Source: Escherichia coli (GTDB lineage Bacteria > Pseudomonadota > Gammaproteobacteria > Enterobacterales > Enterobacteriaceae). Taken from it: 64,000 nucleotides of DNA. The notes below the pieces were generated by a model that made no database searches, was not told where the DNA came from, and worked only from the letters and a program-made list of their open reading frames with translations. The stretch is taken from NCBI RefSeq assembly GCF_016026235.1, contig NZ_CP065613.1; one strand, given 5' to 3'. The translations under genes and the position numbers were made by a program. Shown piece after piece: positions 1 through 10,773 of the stretch (within the stretch, counting starts at the first letter, position 1; each line of letters starts with the position of its first letter).

Positions 1-36
1 TAACAGTACAATCAGTATGATGGCAAGTCGCATCAT
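1..36 (-). CDS. Ibs-family type I toxin, N-terminal 12 codons only (MMRLAIILIVLL); the rest lies beyond the window start
   Basis: Reverse complement of 1..36 reads ATG ATG CGA CTT GCC ATC ATA CTG ATT GTA CTG TTA; paralogous to the complete copy at 369..428. Confidence 0.5.
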   Translation of the reverse strand, partial: MMRLAIILIVLL

Positions 37-82
37 AACCCTTCTCCTTCAAGCCCTCGCTTCGGTGAGGGCTTTACCGTTA
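1..82 (+). ncRNA. Sib-type antisense sRNA (antitoxin), copy A, partial; 3' end approximate
   Basis: Fully antisense to the partial ibs ORF; ends at the GC hairpin GCCCTCGCTTCGGTGAGGGC (53..72) followed by TTT; inferred from family architecture. Confidence 0.3.
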
Positions 83-265
83 CAGCCCCATGCTGCCCAG
101 TTATCGTAAGCTCTCTTTAAATAACCGCAACGCATTGATCTACCTTTAAATCTTTTCTTCGAGCGCGCTCGAAAAACCCCATGCAAAACAGAGATAATTT
201 TTGGGAAAAAGGATCTATTACGGCAGTAAACGTGGGCGATGAAGTGGCTATCAAAAAGTTCGGTT

Positions 266-292
266 CAGGGCGATGCACCCCGCATCGCCCTG
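266..292 (-). terminator. Hairpin with 11-bp stem (CAGGGCGATGC / GCATCGCCCTG), possible terminator of the copy-B ibs transcript
   Basis: Perfect inverted repeat with 5-nt loop; on the minus strand a T-run follows after ~8 nt. Confidence 0.35.
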
Positions 293-334
293 ATTGACAT
301 CGTTGATTCTTTGACCTAATTTAGTGAGTAAGGG

Positions 335-474
335 TAAGGGAGGATGACTCCTCCCCTGAGACTGACTGTTAATAAGCTCCGAAACTTATCAGTAACAGTA
401 CAATCAGTATGATGACAAGTCGCATCATAACCCTTCTCCTTTAAGCCCTCGCTTCGGTGAGGGCTTTACCGTTA
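335..474 (+). ncRNA. Sib-type antisense sRNA (antitoxin), copy B; ends approximate
   Basis: Completely overlaps the ibs ORF on the opposite strand; 3' GC hairpin at 445..464 followed by TTT; candidate -35 TTGACC at 311..316; boundaries inferred, not measured. Confidence 0.4.
369..428 (-). CDS. ibsC: IbsC-like type I toxin, 19-aa hydrophobic peptide MMRLVIILIVLLLISFGAY
   Basis: Manual translation of the minus strand; AAGGAG Shine-Dalgarno 7-8 nt upstream of ATG; near-identical to my recollection of K-12 IbsC; below the ORF-track size cutoff. Confidence 0.75.
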   Translation of the reverse strand: MMRLVIILIVLLLISFGAY

Positions 475-533
475 CAGCCCCATGCTGTCCCGCCATCGTA
501 AATCCCCATTAAATAAACACAACGCATTGATCT
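393..533. repeat. Sib/Ibs repeat unit copy B
   Basis: Direct repeat of 1..141. Confidence 0.8.
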
Positions 534-602
534 GAGTTTGATTTATTTTCTGGAGCAGACTCGCAAAGTAGAATGCGCAACGCGGCAACGGTGTGGAGAA
601 GG

Positions 603-644
603 GATAAAAAAACGGGCAAGTCAGTGACCTGCCCGTTAATTTTC
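603..644 (-). terminator. Intrinsic terminator downstream of serA (bidirectional shape)
   Basis: Hairpin AACGGGCAAGTCAGTGACCTGCCCGTT flanked by an A-run and a T-run, immediately 3' of the serA stop. Confidence 0.6.
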
Positions 645-656
645 AGAGAAGGGGAA

Positions 657-1889
657 TTAGTACAGCAGACGGGCGCGAATGGTACCCGGAATAGCTTTCA
701 TTGCCTGCAGCGCTTTTTCGGCAACGTCTTCGTCAGCTTCAATATCAATAACTACATAACCCATCTGGGCGGAAGTTTGTAGATATTGCGCGGCGATGTT
801 GACGCCCTGCTCGGCGAAGATTTTGTTCAGCGCAGTTAGCACGCCCGGACGGTTTTCGTGGATGTGCATCAGACGACGACCACCATGCAGTGGCAGCGAG
901 ACTTCCGGGAAGTTCACCGCAGAGAGCGTTGAGCCATTGTCAGAATACTTGATCAATTTACCCGCAACTTCCAGGCCGATATTCTCCTGCGCTTCCTGAG
1001 TCGAACCGCCAATGTGTGGCGTCAGAAGGACGTTGTCGAATTCACACAGTGGAGAGGTAAATGGATCGCTATTGGTCGCCGGTTCCGTCGGGAATACGTC
1101 GATTGCCGCCCCCGCCAGATGTTTGCTCGCCAGCGCATCACACAGCGCCGGAATATCCACCACAGTACCGCGCGAGGCATTAATCAGCAGCGAGCCGGGC
1201 TTCATTAGCGAAATCTCTTTCGCGCCCATCATATTTTTGGTGGACGGATTCTCTGGTACATGCAGACTCACCACATCGCTCATATTCAGCAGGTCAGAAA
1301 GATGCTGTACCTGAGTGGCGTTGCCCAGCGGCAGTTTGTTTTCAATATCATAAAAGTAAACATACATTCCCAGCGATTCAGCCAGAATGCCCAATTGAGT
1401 ACCAATATGACCGTAGCCGATGATACCCAGCTTTTTGCCGCGCGCTTCAAAAGAACCCGCCGCCAGTTTGTTCCACACGCCACGGTGCGCTTTAGCATTG
1501 GCTTCCGGCACGCCGCGCAATAGCAGCAGCAGTTCGCCAATCACCAGCTCCGCAACAGAGCGCGTATTTGAGAACGGTGCGTTAAATACCGGGATCCCGC
1601 GCTTTGCCGCCGCATCCAGATCAACCTGGTTTGTTCCGATACAGAAACAGCCAATAGCGACCAGTTTTTCTGCGGCGTTGATCACGTCTTCAGTCAGATG
1701 GGTACGGGATCGCAGGCCGATGAAGTGGGCATCGCGGATGGATTCTTTTAATTGTTCATCATCCAGCGCGCCTTTGTGAAATTCGATGTTGGTGTAACCA
1801 GCTGCACGAAGGCTTTCCAGCGCCTTTTGGTGCACGCCTTCTACCAGCAGAAACTTAATCTTGTCTTTCTCCAGCGATACCTTTGCCAT
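657..1889 (-). CDS. serA: D-3-phosphoglycerate dehydrogenase
   Basis: 410-aa ORF; recognised SerA sequence with NAD-binding GxGxxG (GIIGYGHIGTQ). Confidence 0.97.
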   Translation of the reverse strand: MAKVSLEKDKIKFLLVEGVHQKALESLRAAGYTNIEFHKGALDDEQLKESIRDAHFIGLRSRTHLTEDVINAAEKLVAIGCFCIGTNQVDLDAAAKRGIPVFNAPFSNTRSVAELVIGELLLLLRGVPEANAKAHRGVWNKLAAGSFEARGKKLGIIGYGHIGTQLGILAESLGMYVYFYDIENKLPLGNATQVQHLSDLLNMSDVVSLHVPENPSTKNMMGAKEISLMKPGSLLINASRGTVVDIPALCDALASKHLAGAAIDVFPTEPATNSDPFTSPLCEFDNVLLTPHIGGSTQEAQENIGLEVAGKLIKYSDNGSTLSAVNFPEVSLPLHGGRRLMHIHENRPGVLTALNKIFAEQGVNIAAQYLQTSAQMGYVVIDIEADEDVAEKALQAMKAIPGTIRARLLY

Positions 1890-2144
1890 TTACCCAATCC
1901 TGTCTTTTGAAATGTTGTGTGCGGATTTGCATCCGCCTTTCAACATATCAAAAAATAATATTGCGGCAATATGAACGTTTGCGTCGCGATGTTGAGGAAA
2001 TATCACGCAAAGGTAATTCTTGGATGAATATGCTGGTTTAGAGGATTTATTTAGAGCAATCGACAATTGCCTGGTAAAAGCGTGACACATGTCACCAAAT
2101 TTAATGAAGAGAATTTTTTTAACGGGGGAGGTTCCCCCGTCAGA

Positions 2145-2804
2145 TCATTTCACAATGGTTTTGACACCGTCAGGTGTGCCAATCAGCGCAACGTCCGCGC
2201 CACGGTTAGCAAACAAGCCAACAGTCACCACGCCAGGAATCGCATTTATGGCGTTTTCCATCGCTATCGGGTCAAGGATTTCCATGCCGTGGACGTCGAG
2301 GATCACGTTGCCATTATCGGTCACCACGCCCTGACGGTATTCCGGACGACCGCCCAGTTTCACCAGCTGGCGCGCCACTGCACTACGTGCCATCGGGATA
2401 ACTTCTACTGGCAGCGGGAATTTACCCAGAATATCAACCTGCTTGGAAGCGTCTGCAATACAGATAAATTTTTCTGCAACCGAAGCAATGATTTTTTCAC
2501 GGGTCAGCGCCGCGCCGCCGCCTTTGATCATTTGCATGTGGCCGTTGATTTCATCTGCGCCATCAACGTAGATGCCAAGGCTGTCGACTTCGTTGAGATC
2601 AAAAACGTGAATGCCGAGGCTTTTCAGTTTTTCAGTGGAAGCATCTGAACTGGAAACGGCCCCTTCAATCTGGCCTTTCATTGTACCGAGCGCGTCAATA
2701 AAGTGTGCGGCGGTGGAACCTGTACCTACACCAACAATGGTGCCGGGCTGAACATACTGAAGTGCCGCCCATCCTACTGCTTTTTTCAATTCATCCTGCG
2801 TCAT
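2145..2804 (-). CDS. rpiA: Ribose-5-phosphate isomerase A
   Basis: ORF 2145..2876 trimmed to the internal ATG giving MTQDELKK... (219 aa). Confidence 0.95.
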
Positions 2805-3186
2805 GATCGTTTCGCCTGTGGTATGAAATTTCACACGCATTATATACAAAAAAAGCGATTCAGACCCCGTTGGCAAGCCGCGTGGTTAACTCATCCATAA
2901 AATATCGCGCAATGGCGGGCATCCCCTTTCGCCCCGCAAATAAAGCATACAACGGTCTGGGTATGCCGCTCCACGGTGCGAACAGAGGCAATAACGCCAC
3001 GCCATTCAACATAACCAGGGCGCGAAGTCGCTAAGCGAAATGCAATAGCGCAAATCCCTGATCTTTTAAGCTGCGCGTTTAACCATTGATACAAATGTTA
3101 CCCGCCGACGGCTGCGGTATATGCAACCTGACACAAAATTGTGTCATAGTGCAGGAAAAAGCATTTACTAGGAGCAGACAACAGCA

Positions 3187-4080
3187 ATGAAACGCCCGGA
3201 CTACAGAACATTACAGGCACTGGATGCGGTGATACGTGAACGAGGATTTGAGCGCGCGGCACAAAAGCTGTGCATTACACAATCAGCCGTCTCACAGCGC
3301 ATTAAGCAACTGGAAAATATGTTCGGGCAGCCGCTGTTGGTGCGTACCGTACCGCCGCGCCCGACGGAACAAGGGCAAAAACTGCTGGCACTGCTGCGCC
3401 AGGTGGAGTTGCTGGAAGAAGAGTGGCTGGGCGATGAACAAACCGGTTCGACTCCGCTGCTGCTTTCACTGGCGGTCAACGCCGACAGTCTGGCGACGTG
3501 GTTGCTTCCGGCACTGGCTCCTGTGTTGGCTGATTCGCCTATCCGCCTCAACTTGCAGGTAGAAGATGAAACCCGTACTCAGGAACGTCTGCGCCGCGGC
3601 GAAGTGGTCGGCGCGGTGAGTATTCAACATCAGGCGCTGCCGAGTTGCCTTGTCGATAAGCTCGGTGCGCTTGACTATCTGTTCGTCAGCTCAAAACCGT
3701 TTGCCGAAAAATATTTCCCTAACGGCGTAACGCGTTCGGCATTATTGAAAGCACCTGTGGTCGCCTTTGACCATCTTGACGATATGCACCAGGCCTTTTT
3801 GCAGCAAAACTTCGATCTGCCTCCAGGCAGCGTGCCCTGCCATATCGTTAATTCTTCAGAAGCGTTCGTGCAACTTGCTCGCCAGGGCACCACCTGCTGT
3901 ATGATCCCGCACCTGCAAATCGAGAAAGAACTAGCCAGCGGTGAACTGATTGACTTAACGCCAGGGCTATTTCAACGCCGGATGCTCTACTGGCACCGCT
4001 TTGCTCCTGAAAGCCGCATGATGCGTAAAGTCACTGATGCGTTGCTCGATTATGGTCACAAAGTCCTTCGTCAGGATTAA
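3187..4080 (+). CDS. argP: LysR-family transcriptional regulator ArgP (IciA)
   Basis: 297-aa ORF, N-terminal HTH, recognised sequence. Confidence 0.95.
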
Positions 4081-4283
4081 TCCATCAAATAATGCCTGAT
4101 AGCACATATCAGGCGTTATCCTCACTTCTTTTTGTATTCCTTGAATCACATCACAAAATAGACAAATCTCAGGCGGCAAAAAACGACGTCTGAATGCATT
4201 TTTTTTGCTGGCGACAAACCCACGTAAAAAGCTCACCGTAAGCGCAAATACCCTCATTTTGATTGCGTTTTACGGAGCAAATA

Positions 4284-6428
4284 ATGTCTAACGTGCAGGA
4301 GTGGCAACAGCTTGCCAACAAGGAATTGAGCCGTCGGGAGAAAACTGTCGACTCGCTGGTTCAGCAAACCGCGGAAGGGATCACCATCAAGCCGCTGTAT
4401 ACCGAAGCCGATCTCGATAATCTGGAGGTGACAGGTACCCTTCCTGGTTTGCCGCCCTACGTTCGTGGCCCGCGTGCCACTATGTATACCGCCCAACCGT
4501 GGACCATCCGTCAGTATGCTGGTTTTTCAACAGCAAAAGAGTCCAACGCTTTTTATCGCCGTAACCTGGCCGCCGGGCAAAAAGGTCTTTCCGTTGCGTT
4601 TGACCTTGCCACCCACCGAGGCTACGACTCCGATAACCCGCGCGTGGCGGGCGACGTCGGCAAAGCGGGCGTCGCTATCGACACCGTGGAAGATATGAAA
4701 GTCCTGTTCGACCAGATCCCGCTGGATAAAATGTCGGTTTCGATGACCATGAATGGCGCAGTGCTACCAGTACTGGCGTTTTATATCGTCGCCGCAGAAG
4801 AGCAAGGTGTTACACCTGATAAACTGACCGGCACCATTCAGAACGATATCCTCAAAGAGTACCTCTGCCGCAACACCTATATTTACCCGCCAAAACCGTC
4901 AATGCGCATTATCGCCGACATCATCGCCTGGTGTTCCGGCAACATGCCGCGATTTAATACCATCAGTATCAGCGGTTACCACATGGGTGAAGCGGGTGCC
5001 AACTGCGTGCAGCAGGTAGCATTTACGCTCGCTGATGGGATTGAGTACATCAAAGCAGCAATCTCTGCCGGACTGAAAATTGATGACTTCGCTCCTCGCC
5101 TGTCGTTCTTCTTCGGCATCGGCATGGATCTGTTTATGAACGTCGCCATGTTGCGTGCGGCACGTTATTTATGGAGCGAAGCGGTCAGTGGATTTGGCGC
5201 ACAGGACCCGAAATCACTGGCGCTGCGTACCCACTGCCAGACCTCAGGCTGGAGCCTGACTGAACAGGATCCGTATAACAACGTTATCCGCACCACCATT
5301 GAAGCGCTGGCTGCGACGCTGGGCGGTACTCAGTCACTGCATACCAACGCCTTTGACGAAGCGCTTGGTTTGCCTACCGATTTCTCAGCACGCATTGCCC
5401 GCAACACCCAGATCATCATCCAGGAAGAATCAGAACTCTGCCGCACCGTCGATCCACTGGCCGGATCCTATTACATTGAGTCGCTGACCGATCAAATCGT
5501 CAAACAAGCCAGAGCTATTATCCAACAGATCGACGAAGCCGGTGGCATGGCGAAAGCGATCGAAGCAGGTCTGCCAAAACGAATGATCGAAGAGGCCTCA
5601 GCGCGCGAACAGTCGCTGATCGACCAGGGCAAGCGTGTCATCGTTGGTGTCAACAAGTACAAACTGGATCACGAAGACGAAACCGATGTACTTGAGATCG
5701 ACAACGTGATGGTGCGTAACGAGCAAATTGCTTCGCTGGAACGCATTCGCGCCACCCGTGATGATGCCGCCGTAACCGCCGCGTTGAACGCCCTGACTCA
5801 CGCCGCACAGCATAACGAAAACCTGCTGGCTGCCGCTGTTAATGCCGCTCGCGTTCGCGCCACCCTGGGTGAAATTTCCGATGCGCTGGAAGTCGCTTTC
5901 GACCGTTATCTGGTGCCAAGCCAGTGTGTTACCGGCGTGATTGCGCAAAGCTATCATCAGTCTGAGAAATCGGCCTCCGAGTTCGATGCCATTGTTGCGC
6001 AAACGGAGCAGTTCCTTGCCGACAATGGTCGTCGCCCGCGCATTCTGATCGCTAAGATGGGCCAGGATGGACACGATCGCGGCGCGAAAGTGATCGCCAG
6101 CGCCTATTCCGATCTCGGTTTCGACGTAGATTTAAGCCCGATGTTCTCTACACCTGAAGAGATCGCCCGCCTGGCCGTAGAAAACGACGTTCACGTAGTG
6201 GGCGCATCCTCACTGGCTGCCGGTCATAAAACGCTGATCCCGGAACTGGTCGAAGCGCTGAAAAAATGGGGACGCGAAGATATCTGCGTGGTCGCGGGTG
6301 GCGTCATTCCGCCGCAGGATTACGCCTTCCTGCAAGAGCGCGGCGTGGCGGCGATTTATGGTCCAGGTACACCTATGCTCGACAGTGTGCGCGACGTACT
6401 GAATCTGATAAGCCAGCATCATGATTAA
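4284..6428 (+). CDS. scpA: Methylmalonyl-CoA mutase (Sbm/ScpA)
   Basis: ORF trimmed to MSNVQEWQQ...; GGAG RBS at 4274..4277; B12-binding DxHxxG region ([10 protein letters not shown]). Confidence 0.93.
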   Translation: MSNVQEWQQLANKELSRREKTVDSLVQQTAEGITIKPLYTEADLDNLEVTGTLPGLPPYVRGPRATMYTAQPWTIRQYAGFSTAKESNAFYRRNLAAGQKGLSVAFDLATHRGYDSDNPRVAGDVGKAGVAIDTVEDMKVLFDQIPLDKMSVSMTMNGAVLPVLAFYIVAAEEQGVTPDKLTGTIQNDILKEYLCRNTYIYPPKPSMRIIADIIAWCSGNMPRFNTISISGYHMGEAGANCVQQVAFTLADGIEYIKAAISAGLKIDDFAPRLSFFFGIGMDLFMNVAMLRAARYLWSEAVSGFGAQDPKSLALRTHCQTSGWSLTEQDPYNNVIRTTIEALAATLGGTQSLHTNAFDEALGLPTDFSARIARNTQIIIQEESELCRTVDPLAGSYYIESLTDQIVKQARAIIQQIDEAGGMAKAIEAGLPKRMIEEASAREQSLIDQGKRVIVGVNKYKLDHEDETDVLEIDNVMVRNEQIASLERIRATRDDAAVTAALNALTHAAQHNENLLAAAVNAARVRATLGEISDALEVAFDRYLVPSQCVTGVIAQSYHQSEKSASEFDAIVAQTEQFLADNGRRPRILIAKMGQDGHDRGAKVIASAYSDLGFDVDLSPMFSTPEEIARLAVENDVHVVGASSLAAGHKTLIPELVEALKKWGREDICVVAGGVIPPQDYAFLQERGVAAIYGPGTPMLDSVRDVLNLISQHHD

Positions 6429-7416
6429 TGAAGCCACGCTGGCAGAAAGTATTCGCCGCTTACGTCAGGGTGAGCGTGCCACACTCGCCCAGGCCATGAC
6501 GCTGGTGGAAAGCCGTCACCCGCGTCATCAGGCACTAAGTACGCAGCTGCTTGATGCCATTATGCCGTACTGCGGTAACACCCTGCGACTGGGCGTTACC
6601 GGCACCCCCGGCGCGGGGAAAAGTACCTTTCTTGAGGCCTTTGGCATGTTGTTGATTCGAGAGGGATTAAAGGTCGCGGTTATTGCGGTCAATCCCAGCA
6701 GCCCGGTCACTGGCGGTAGCATTCTCGGGGATAAAACCCGCATGAATGACCTGGCGCGTGCCGAAGCGGCGTTTATTCGCCCGGTACCATCCTCCGGTCA
6801 TCTGGGCGGTGCCAGTCAGCGAGCGCGGGAATTAATGCTGTTATGCGAAGCAGCGGGTTATGACGTAGTGATTGTCGAAACGGTTGGCGTCGGGCAGTCG
6901 GAAACAGAAGTCGCCCGCATGGTGGACTGTTTTATCTCGTTGCAAATTGCCGGTGGCGGCGATGATCTGCAGGGCATTAAAAAAGGGCTGATGGAAGTGG
7001 CTGATCTGATCGTTATCAACAAAGACGATGGCGATAACCATACCAATGTCGCCATTGCCCGGCATATGTACGAGAGTGCCCTGCATATTCTGCGACGTAA
7101 ATACGACGAATGGCAGCCACGGGTTCTGACTTGTAGCGCACTGGAAAAACGTGGAATCGATGAGATCTGGCACGCCATCATCGACTTCAAAACCGCGCTA
7201 ACTGCCAGTGGTCGTTTACAACAAGTGCGGCAACAACAATCGGTGGAATGGCTGCGTAAGCAGACCGAAGAAGAAGTACTGAATCACCTGTTCGCGAATG
7301 AAGATTTCGATCGCTATTACCGCCAGACGCTTTTAGCGGTCAAAAACAATACGCTCTCACCGCGCACCGGCCTGCGGCAGCTCAGTGAATTTATCCAGAC
7401 GCAATATTTTGATTAA
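6421..7416 (+). CDS. argK: MeaB/ArgK-type G-protein chaperone for methylmalonyl-CoA mutase
   Basis: 331 aa; P-loop GTPGAGKST; start overlaps the scpA stop by 8 bp. Confidence 0.93.
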   Translation: MINEATLAESIRRLRQGERATLAQAMTLVESRHPRHQALSTQLLDAIMPYCGNTLRLGVTGTPGAGKSTFLEAFGMLLIREGLKVAVIAVNPSSPVTGGSILGDKTRMNDLARAEAAFIRPVPSSGHLGGASQRARELMLLCEAAGYDVVIVETVGVGQSETEVARMVDCFISLQIAGGGDDLQGIKKGLMEVADLIVINKDDGDNHTNVAIARHMYESALHILRRKYDEWQPRVLTCSALEKRGIDEIWHAIIDFKTALTASGRLQQVRQQQSVEWLRKQTEEEVLNHLFANEDFDRYYRQTLLAVKNNTLSPRTGLRQLSEFIQTQYFD

Positions 7417-7426
7417 AGGAATTTTT

Positions 7427-8212
7427 ATGTCTTATCAGTATGTTAACGTTGTCACTATCAACAAAGTGGCGGTCATTGAGTTTAACTATGGCCGCAAACT
7501 TAATGCCTTAAGTAAAGTCTTTATTGATGATCTTATGCAGGCATTAAGCGATCTCAACCGGCCGGAAATTCGCTGTATCATTTTGCGCGCGCCGAGTGGA
7601 TCCAAAGTCTTCTCCGCAGGCCACGATATTCACGAACTGCCGTCTGGCGGTCGCGATCCGCTCTCCTATGATGATCCATTGCATCAAATCACCCGCATGA
7701 TCCAAAAATTCCCGAAACCGATCATTTCGATGGTGGAAGGTAGTGTTTGGGGTGGCGCATTTGAAATGATCATGAGTTCCGATCTGATTATCGCCGCCAG
7801 TACCTCAACCTTCTCAATGACGCCTGTAAACCTCGGCGTCCCGTATAACCTGGTCGGCATTCACAACCTGACCCGCGACGCGGGCTTCCACATTGTCAAA
7901 GAACTGATTTTTACCGCTTCGCCAATCACCGCCCAGCGCGCGTTGGCTGTCGGCATCCTCAACCATGTTGTGGAAGTGGAAGAACTGGAAGATTTCACCT
8001 TACAAATGGCGCACCACATCTCTGAGAAAGCGCCGTTAGCCATTGCTGTTATCAAAGAAGAGCTGCGTGTACTGGGCGAAGCGCACACCATGAACTCCGA
8101 TGAATTTGAACGTATTCAGGGGATGCGACGCGCGGTTTATGACAGCGAAGATTACCAGGAAGGAATGAACGCTTTCCTCGAAAAACGTAAACCTAATTTC
8201 GTTGGTCATTAA
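7427..8212 (+). CDS. scpB: Methylmalonyl-CoA decarboxylase (crotonase fold)
   Basis: ORF trimmed to MSYQYVNV...; 261 aa. Confidence 0.9.
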   Translation: MSYQYVNVVTINKVAVIEFNYGRKLNALSKVFIDDLMQALSDLNRPEIRCIILRAPSGSKVFSAGHDIHELPSGGRDPLSYDDPLHQITRMIQKFPKPIISMVEGSVWGGAFEMIMSSDLIIAASTSTFSMTPVNLGVPYNLVGIHNLTRDAGFHIVKELIFTASPITAQRALAVGILNHVVEVEELEDFTLQMAHHISEKAPLAIAVIKEELRVLGEAHTMNSDEFERIQGMRRAVYDSEDYQEGMNAFLEKRKPNFVGH

Positions 8213-8235
8213 TCCCTGCGAACGAAGGAGTAAAA

Positions 8236-9714
8236 ATGGAAACTCAGTGGACAAGGATGACCGCCGATGAAGCGGCAGAAATTATCCAGCATAACGACAT
8301 GGTGGCATTTAGCGGCTTTACCCCGGCGGGTTCGCCGAAAGCCCTACCCACCGCGATTGCCCGCAGAGCTAACGAACAGCATGAGGCCAAAAAGCCGTAT
8401 CAAATTCGCCTGCTGACGGGGGCGTCAATCAGCGCCGCCGCTGACGATGTACTTTCTGACGCCGATGCTGTTTCCTGGCGTGCGCCATATCAAACATCGT
8501 CCGGTTTACGTAAAAAGATCAATCAGGGCGCGGTGAGTTTCGTTGACCTGCATTTGAGCGAAGTGGCGCAAATGGTCAATTACGGTTTCTTCGGCGACAT
8601 TGATGTTGCCGTCATTGAAGCATCGGCACTGGCACCGGATGGTCGAGTCTGGTTAACCAGCGGGATCGGTAATGCGCCGACCTGGCTGCTGCGAGCGAAG
8701 AAAGTGATCATTGAACTTAATCACTATCACGATCCGCGCGTTGCAGAACTGGCAGATATTGTGATTCCTGGCGCGCCACCGCGGCGCAATAGCGTGTCGA
8801 TCTTCCATGCAATGGATCGCGTCGGTACCCGCTATGTGCAAATCGATCCGAAAAAGATTGTCGCCGTCGTGGAAACCAACTTGCCCGACGCCGGTAATAT
8901 GCTGGATAAGCAAAATCCCATGTGCCAGCAGATTGCCGATAACGTGGTCACGTTCTTATTGCAGGAAATGGCGCATGGGCGTATTCCGCCGGAATTTCTG
9001 CCGCTGCAAAGTGGCGTGGGCAATATCAATAATGCGGTAATGGCGCGTCTGGGGGAAAACCCGGAAATTCCTCCGTTCATGATGTATTCGGAAGTGCTAC
9101 AGGAATCGGTGGTGCATTTACTGGAAACCGGCAAAATCAGCGGGGCCAGCGCCTCCAGCCTGACAATCTCGGCCGATTCCCTGCGCAAGATTTACGACAA
9201 TATGGATTACTTTGCCAGCCGCATTGTGTTGCGTCCGCAGGAGATTTCCAATAACCCGGAAATCATCCGTCGTCTGGGCGTCATCGCTCTGAACGTCGGC
9301 CTGGAGTTTGATATTTACGGGCATGCCAACTCAACGCACGTAGCCGGGGTCGATCTGATGAACGGCATCGGCGGCAGCGGTGATTTTGAACGCAACGCGT
9401 ATCTGTCGATCTTTATGGCTCCGTCGATTGCTAAAGAAGGCAAGATCTCAACCGTCGTGCCAATGTGCAGCCATGTTGATCACAGCGAACACAGCGTCAA
9501 AGTGATCATCACCGAACAAGGGATCGCCGATCTGCGCGGTCTTTCCCCGCTTCAACGCGCCCGCACTATCATTGATAATTGTGCACATCCTATGTATCGG
9601 GATTATCTGCATCGCTATCTGGAAAATGCGCCCGGCGGACATATTCACCACGATCTTAGCCACGTCTTCGACTTACACCGTAATTTAATTGCAACCGGCT
9701 CGATGCTGGGTTAA
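8236..9714 (+). CDS. scpC: Propionyl-CoA:succinate CoA transferase
   Basis: 492-aa ORF, recognised sequence. Confidence 0.93.
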   Translation: METQWTRMTADEAAEIIQHNDMVAFSGFTPAGSPKALPTAIARRANEQHEAKKPYQIRLLTGASISAAADDVLSDADAVSWRAPYQTSSGLRKKINQGAVSFVDLHLSEVAQMVNYGFFGDIDVAVIEASALAPDGRVWLTSGIGNAPTWLLRAKKVIIELNHYHDPRVAELADIVIPGAPPRRNSVSIFHAMDRVGTRYVQIDPKKIVAVVETNLPDAGNMLDKQNPMCQQIADNVVTFLLQEMAHGRIPPEFLPLQSGVGNINNAVMARLGENPEIPPFMMYSEVLQESVVHLLETGKISGASASSLTISADSLRKIYDNMDYFASRIVLRPQEISNNPEIIRRLGVIALNVGLEFDIYGHANSTHVAGVDLMNGIGGSGDFERNAYLSIFMAPSIAKEGKISTVVPMCSHVDHSEHSVKVIITEQGIADLRGLSPLQRARTIIDNCAHPMYRDYLHRYLENAPGGHIHHDLSHVFDLHRNLIATGSMLG

Positions 9715-10607
9715 TGGTTTGTCCCGTCACGATCTTCAGCAATATGCTGAAGCATCGTGGCGGTATAACGATGATTTCTGATTGAATAAAGATATTCCTG
9801 CATATACATCGGCCTGTGCGGCGCATCAAAATATTTCAGCGTTGCCGGATTCACCAGTCGCCAGGCAAAATGCGGGATCACCGTCAGAAAATGTCCGCGC
9901 TCCACGGCGCTGATTTTGGCCATAAAACTGTAGGGACGATAAATAATGGTGGGATTGATCCCACAAGGTCGCATATTCGCATCAATCATTGCTTCGAAGT
10001 TAGCCCGGTTTTGAAAGCGCATTTGTAGCCAGGGCAGCTCCTGAAGCAGCTCTTGCTCTTGACGCTCTTCATAACGGCGAGAAACGAGAAAGCCCAATCG
10101 CAGCGGTGGTAATTCACTGATAGTCAGGTTTTCCAGTTCCTGAACTCGTGCAGATACATGCTGTGGGGAGATAATAAAATCTAACTGACGGTCAAAAAGA
10201 TTATCGATAACGCCGTTTTCGCTGAACTCAACTGGCTGGGCGGTCACGCCTTCATACTTATCTCCGAGACTAATCAACTGATCGAAAATAATTGTCGGAT
10301 AAGTATTATCTATGCCAATCACAATTTCTCGTGAACGACGCCCTGAGTTATGGATTTCATTATCAATCGCAGAAAGTCGTTGATAAACCGGGAACAGTTT
10401 TTGATACAGTTCCTGACCGGCTTTATTGAGGCTGATATTATTATCTTTGCGGGTAAATAGCGTATAGCCAATTTGTTCTTCCAGCGCGGCAATGCTTTTA
10501 CCAAATGGCGAAGCCGTCATATGGATTTTTTCTGCCGCCCGGGCAATATTATTGGTTTGCGCTAATAAAATGAAATTGCGCATCTTTTTCGAAATAAAAA
10601 TGTCCAT
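9711..10607 (-). CDS. ygfI: LysR-family transcriptional regulator
   Basis: ORF trimmed to MDIFISKK...; N-terminal HTH. Confidence 0.85.
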   Translation of the reverse strand: MDIFISKKMRNFILLAQTNNIARAAEKIHMTASPFGKSIAALEEQIGYTLFTRKDNNISLNKAGQELYQKLFPVYQRLSAIDNEIHNSGRRSREIVIGIDNTYPTIIFDQLISLGDKYEGVTAQPVEFSENGVIDNLFDRQLDFIISPQHVSARVQELENLTISELPPLRLGFLVSRRYEERQEQELLQELPWLQMRFQNRANFEAMIDANMRPCGINPTIIYRPYSFMAKISAVERGHFLTVIPHFAWRLVNPATLKYFDAPHRPMYMQEYLYSIRNHRYTATMLQHIAEDRDGTNH

Positions 10608-10773
10608 CCCCCCTCCCCGCATCCTTGTCCGCTTAACCGTTTCAGTCAGCCTATCCTTGATGAAACCGCGAGCAAAGATAGGTGATTACGTCATGGTTTT
10701 ACAGAAAATTACAGAAAAAGGAGGCAATATCGGGTAAAGGCATTAGCCCGACGAATACGTCGGGCTACAAGTA

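Larger units (their letters stand above)
1..141. repeat. Sib/Ibs repeat unit copy A, truncated on its upstream side by the window edge; tandem with copy B at a 392-bp period
   Basis: 1..141 aligns base-for-base with 393..533; two substitutions in the first 100 bp, more divergence in the last ~40 bp. Confidence 0.8.

Noticed and set aside
2891-3094. 67-aa minus-strand ORF between rpiA and argP
   Set aside because: Short, no clear RBS and no recognisable domain; K-12 has a pseudogene remnant here (from memory), but the sequence alone does not support a call.
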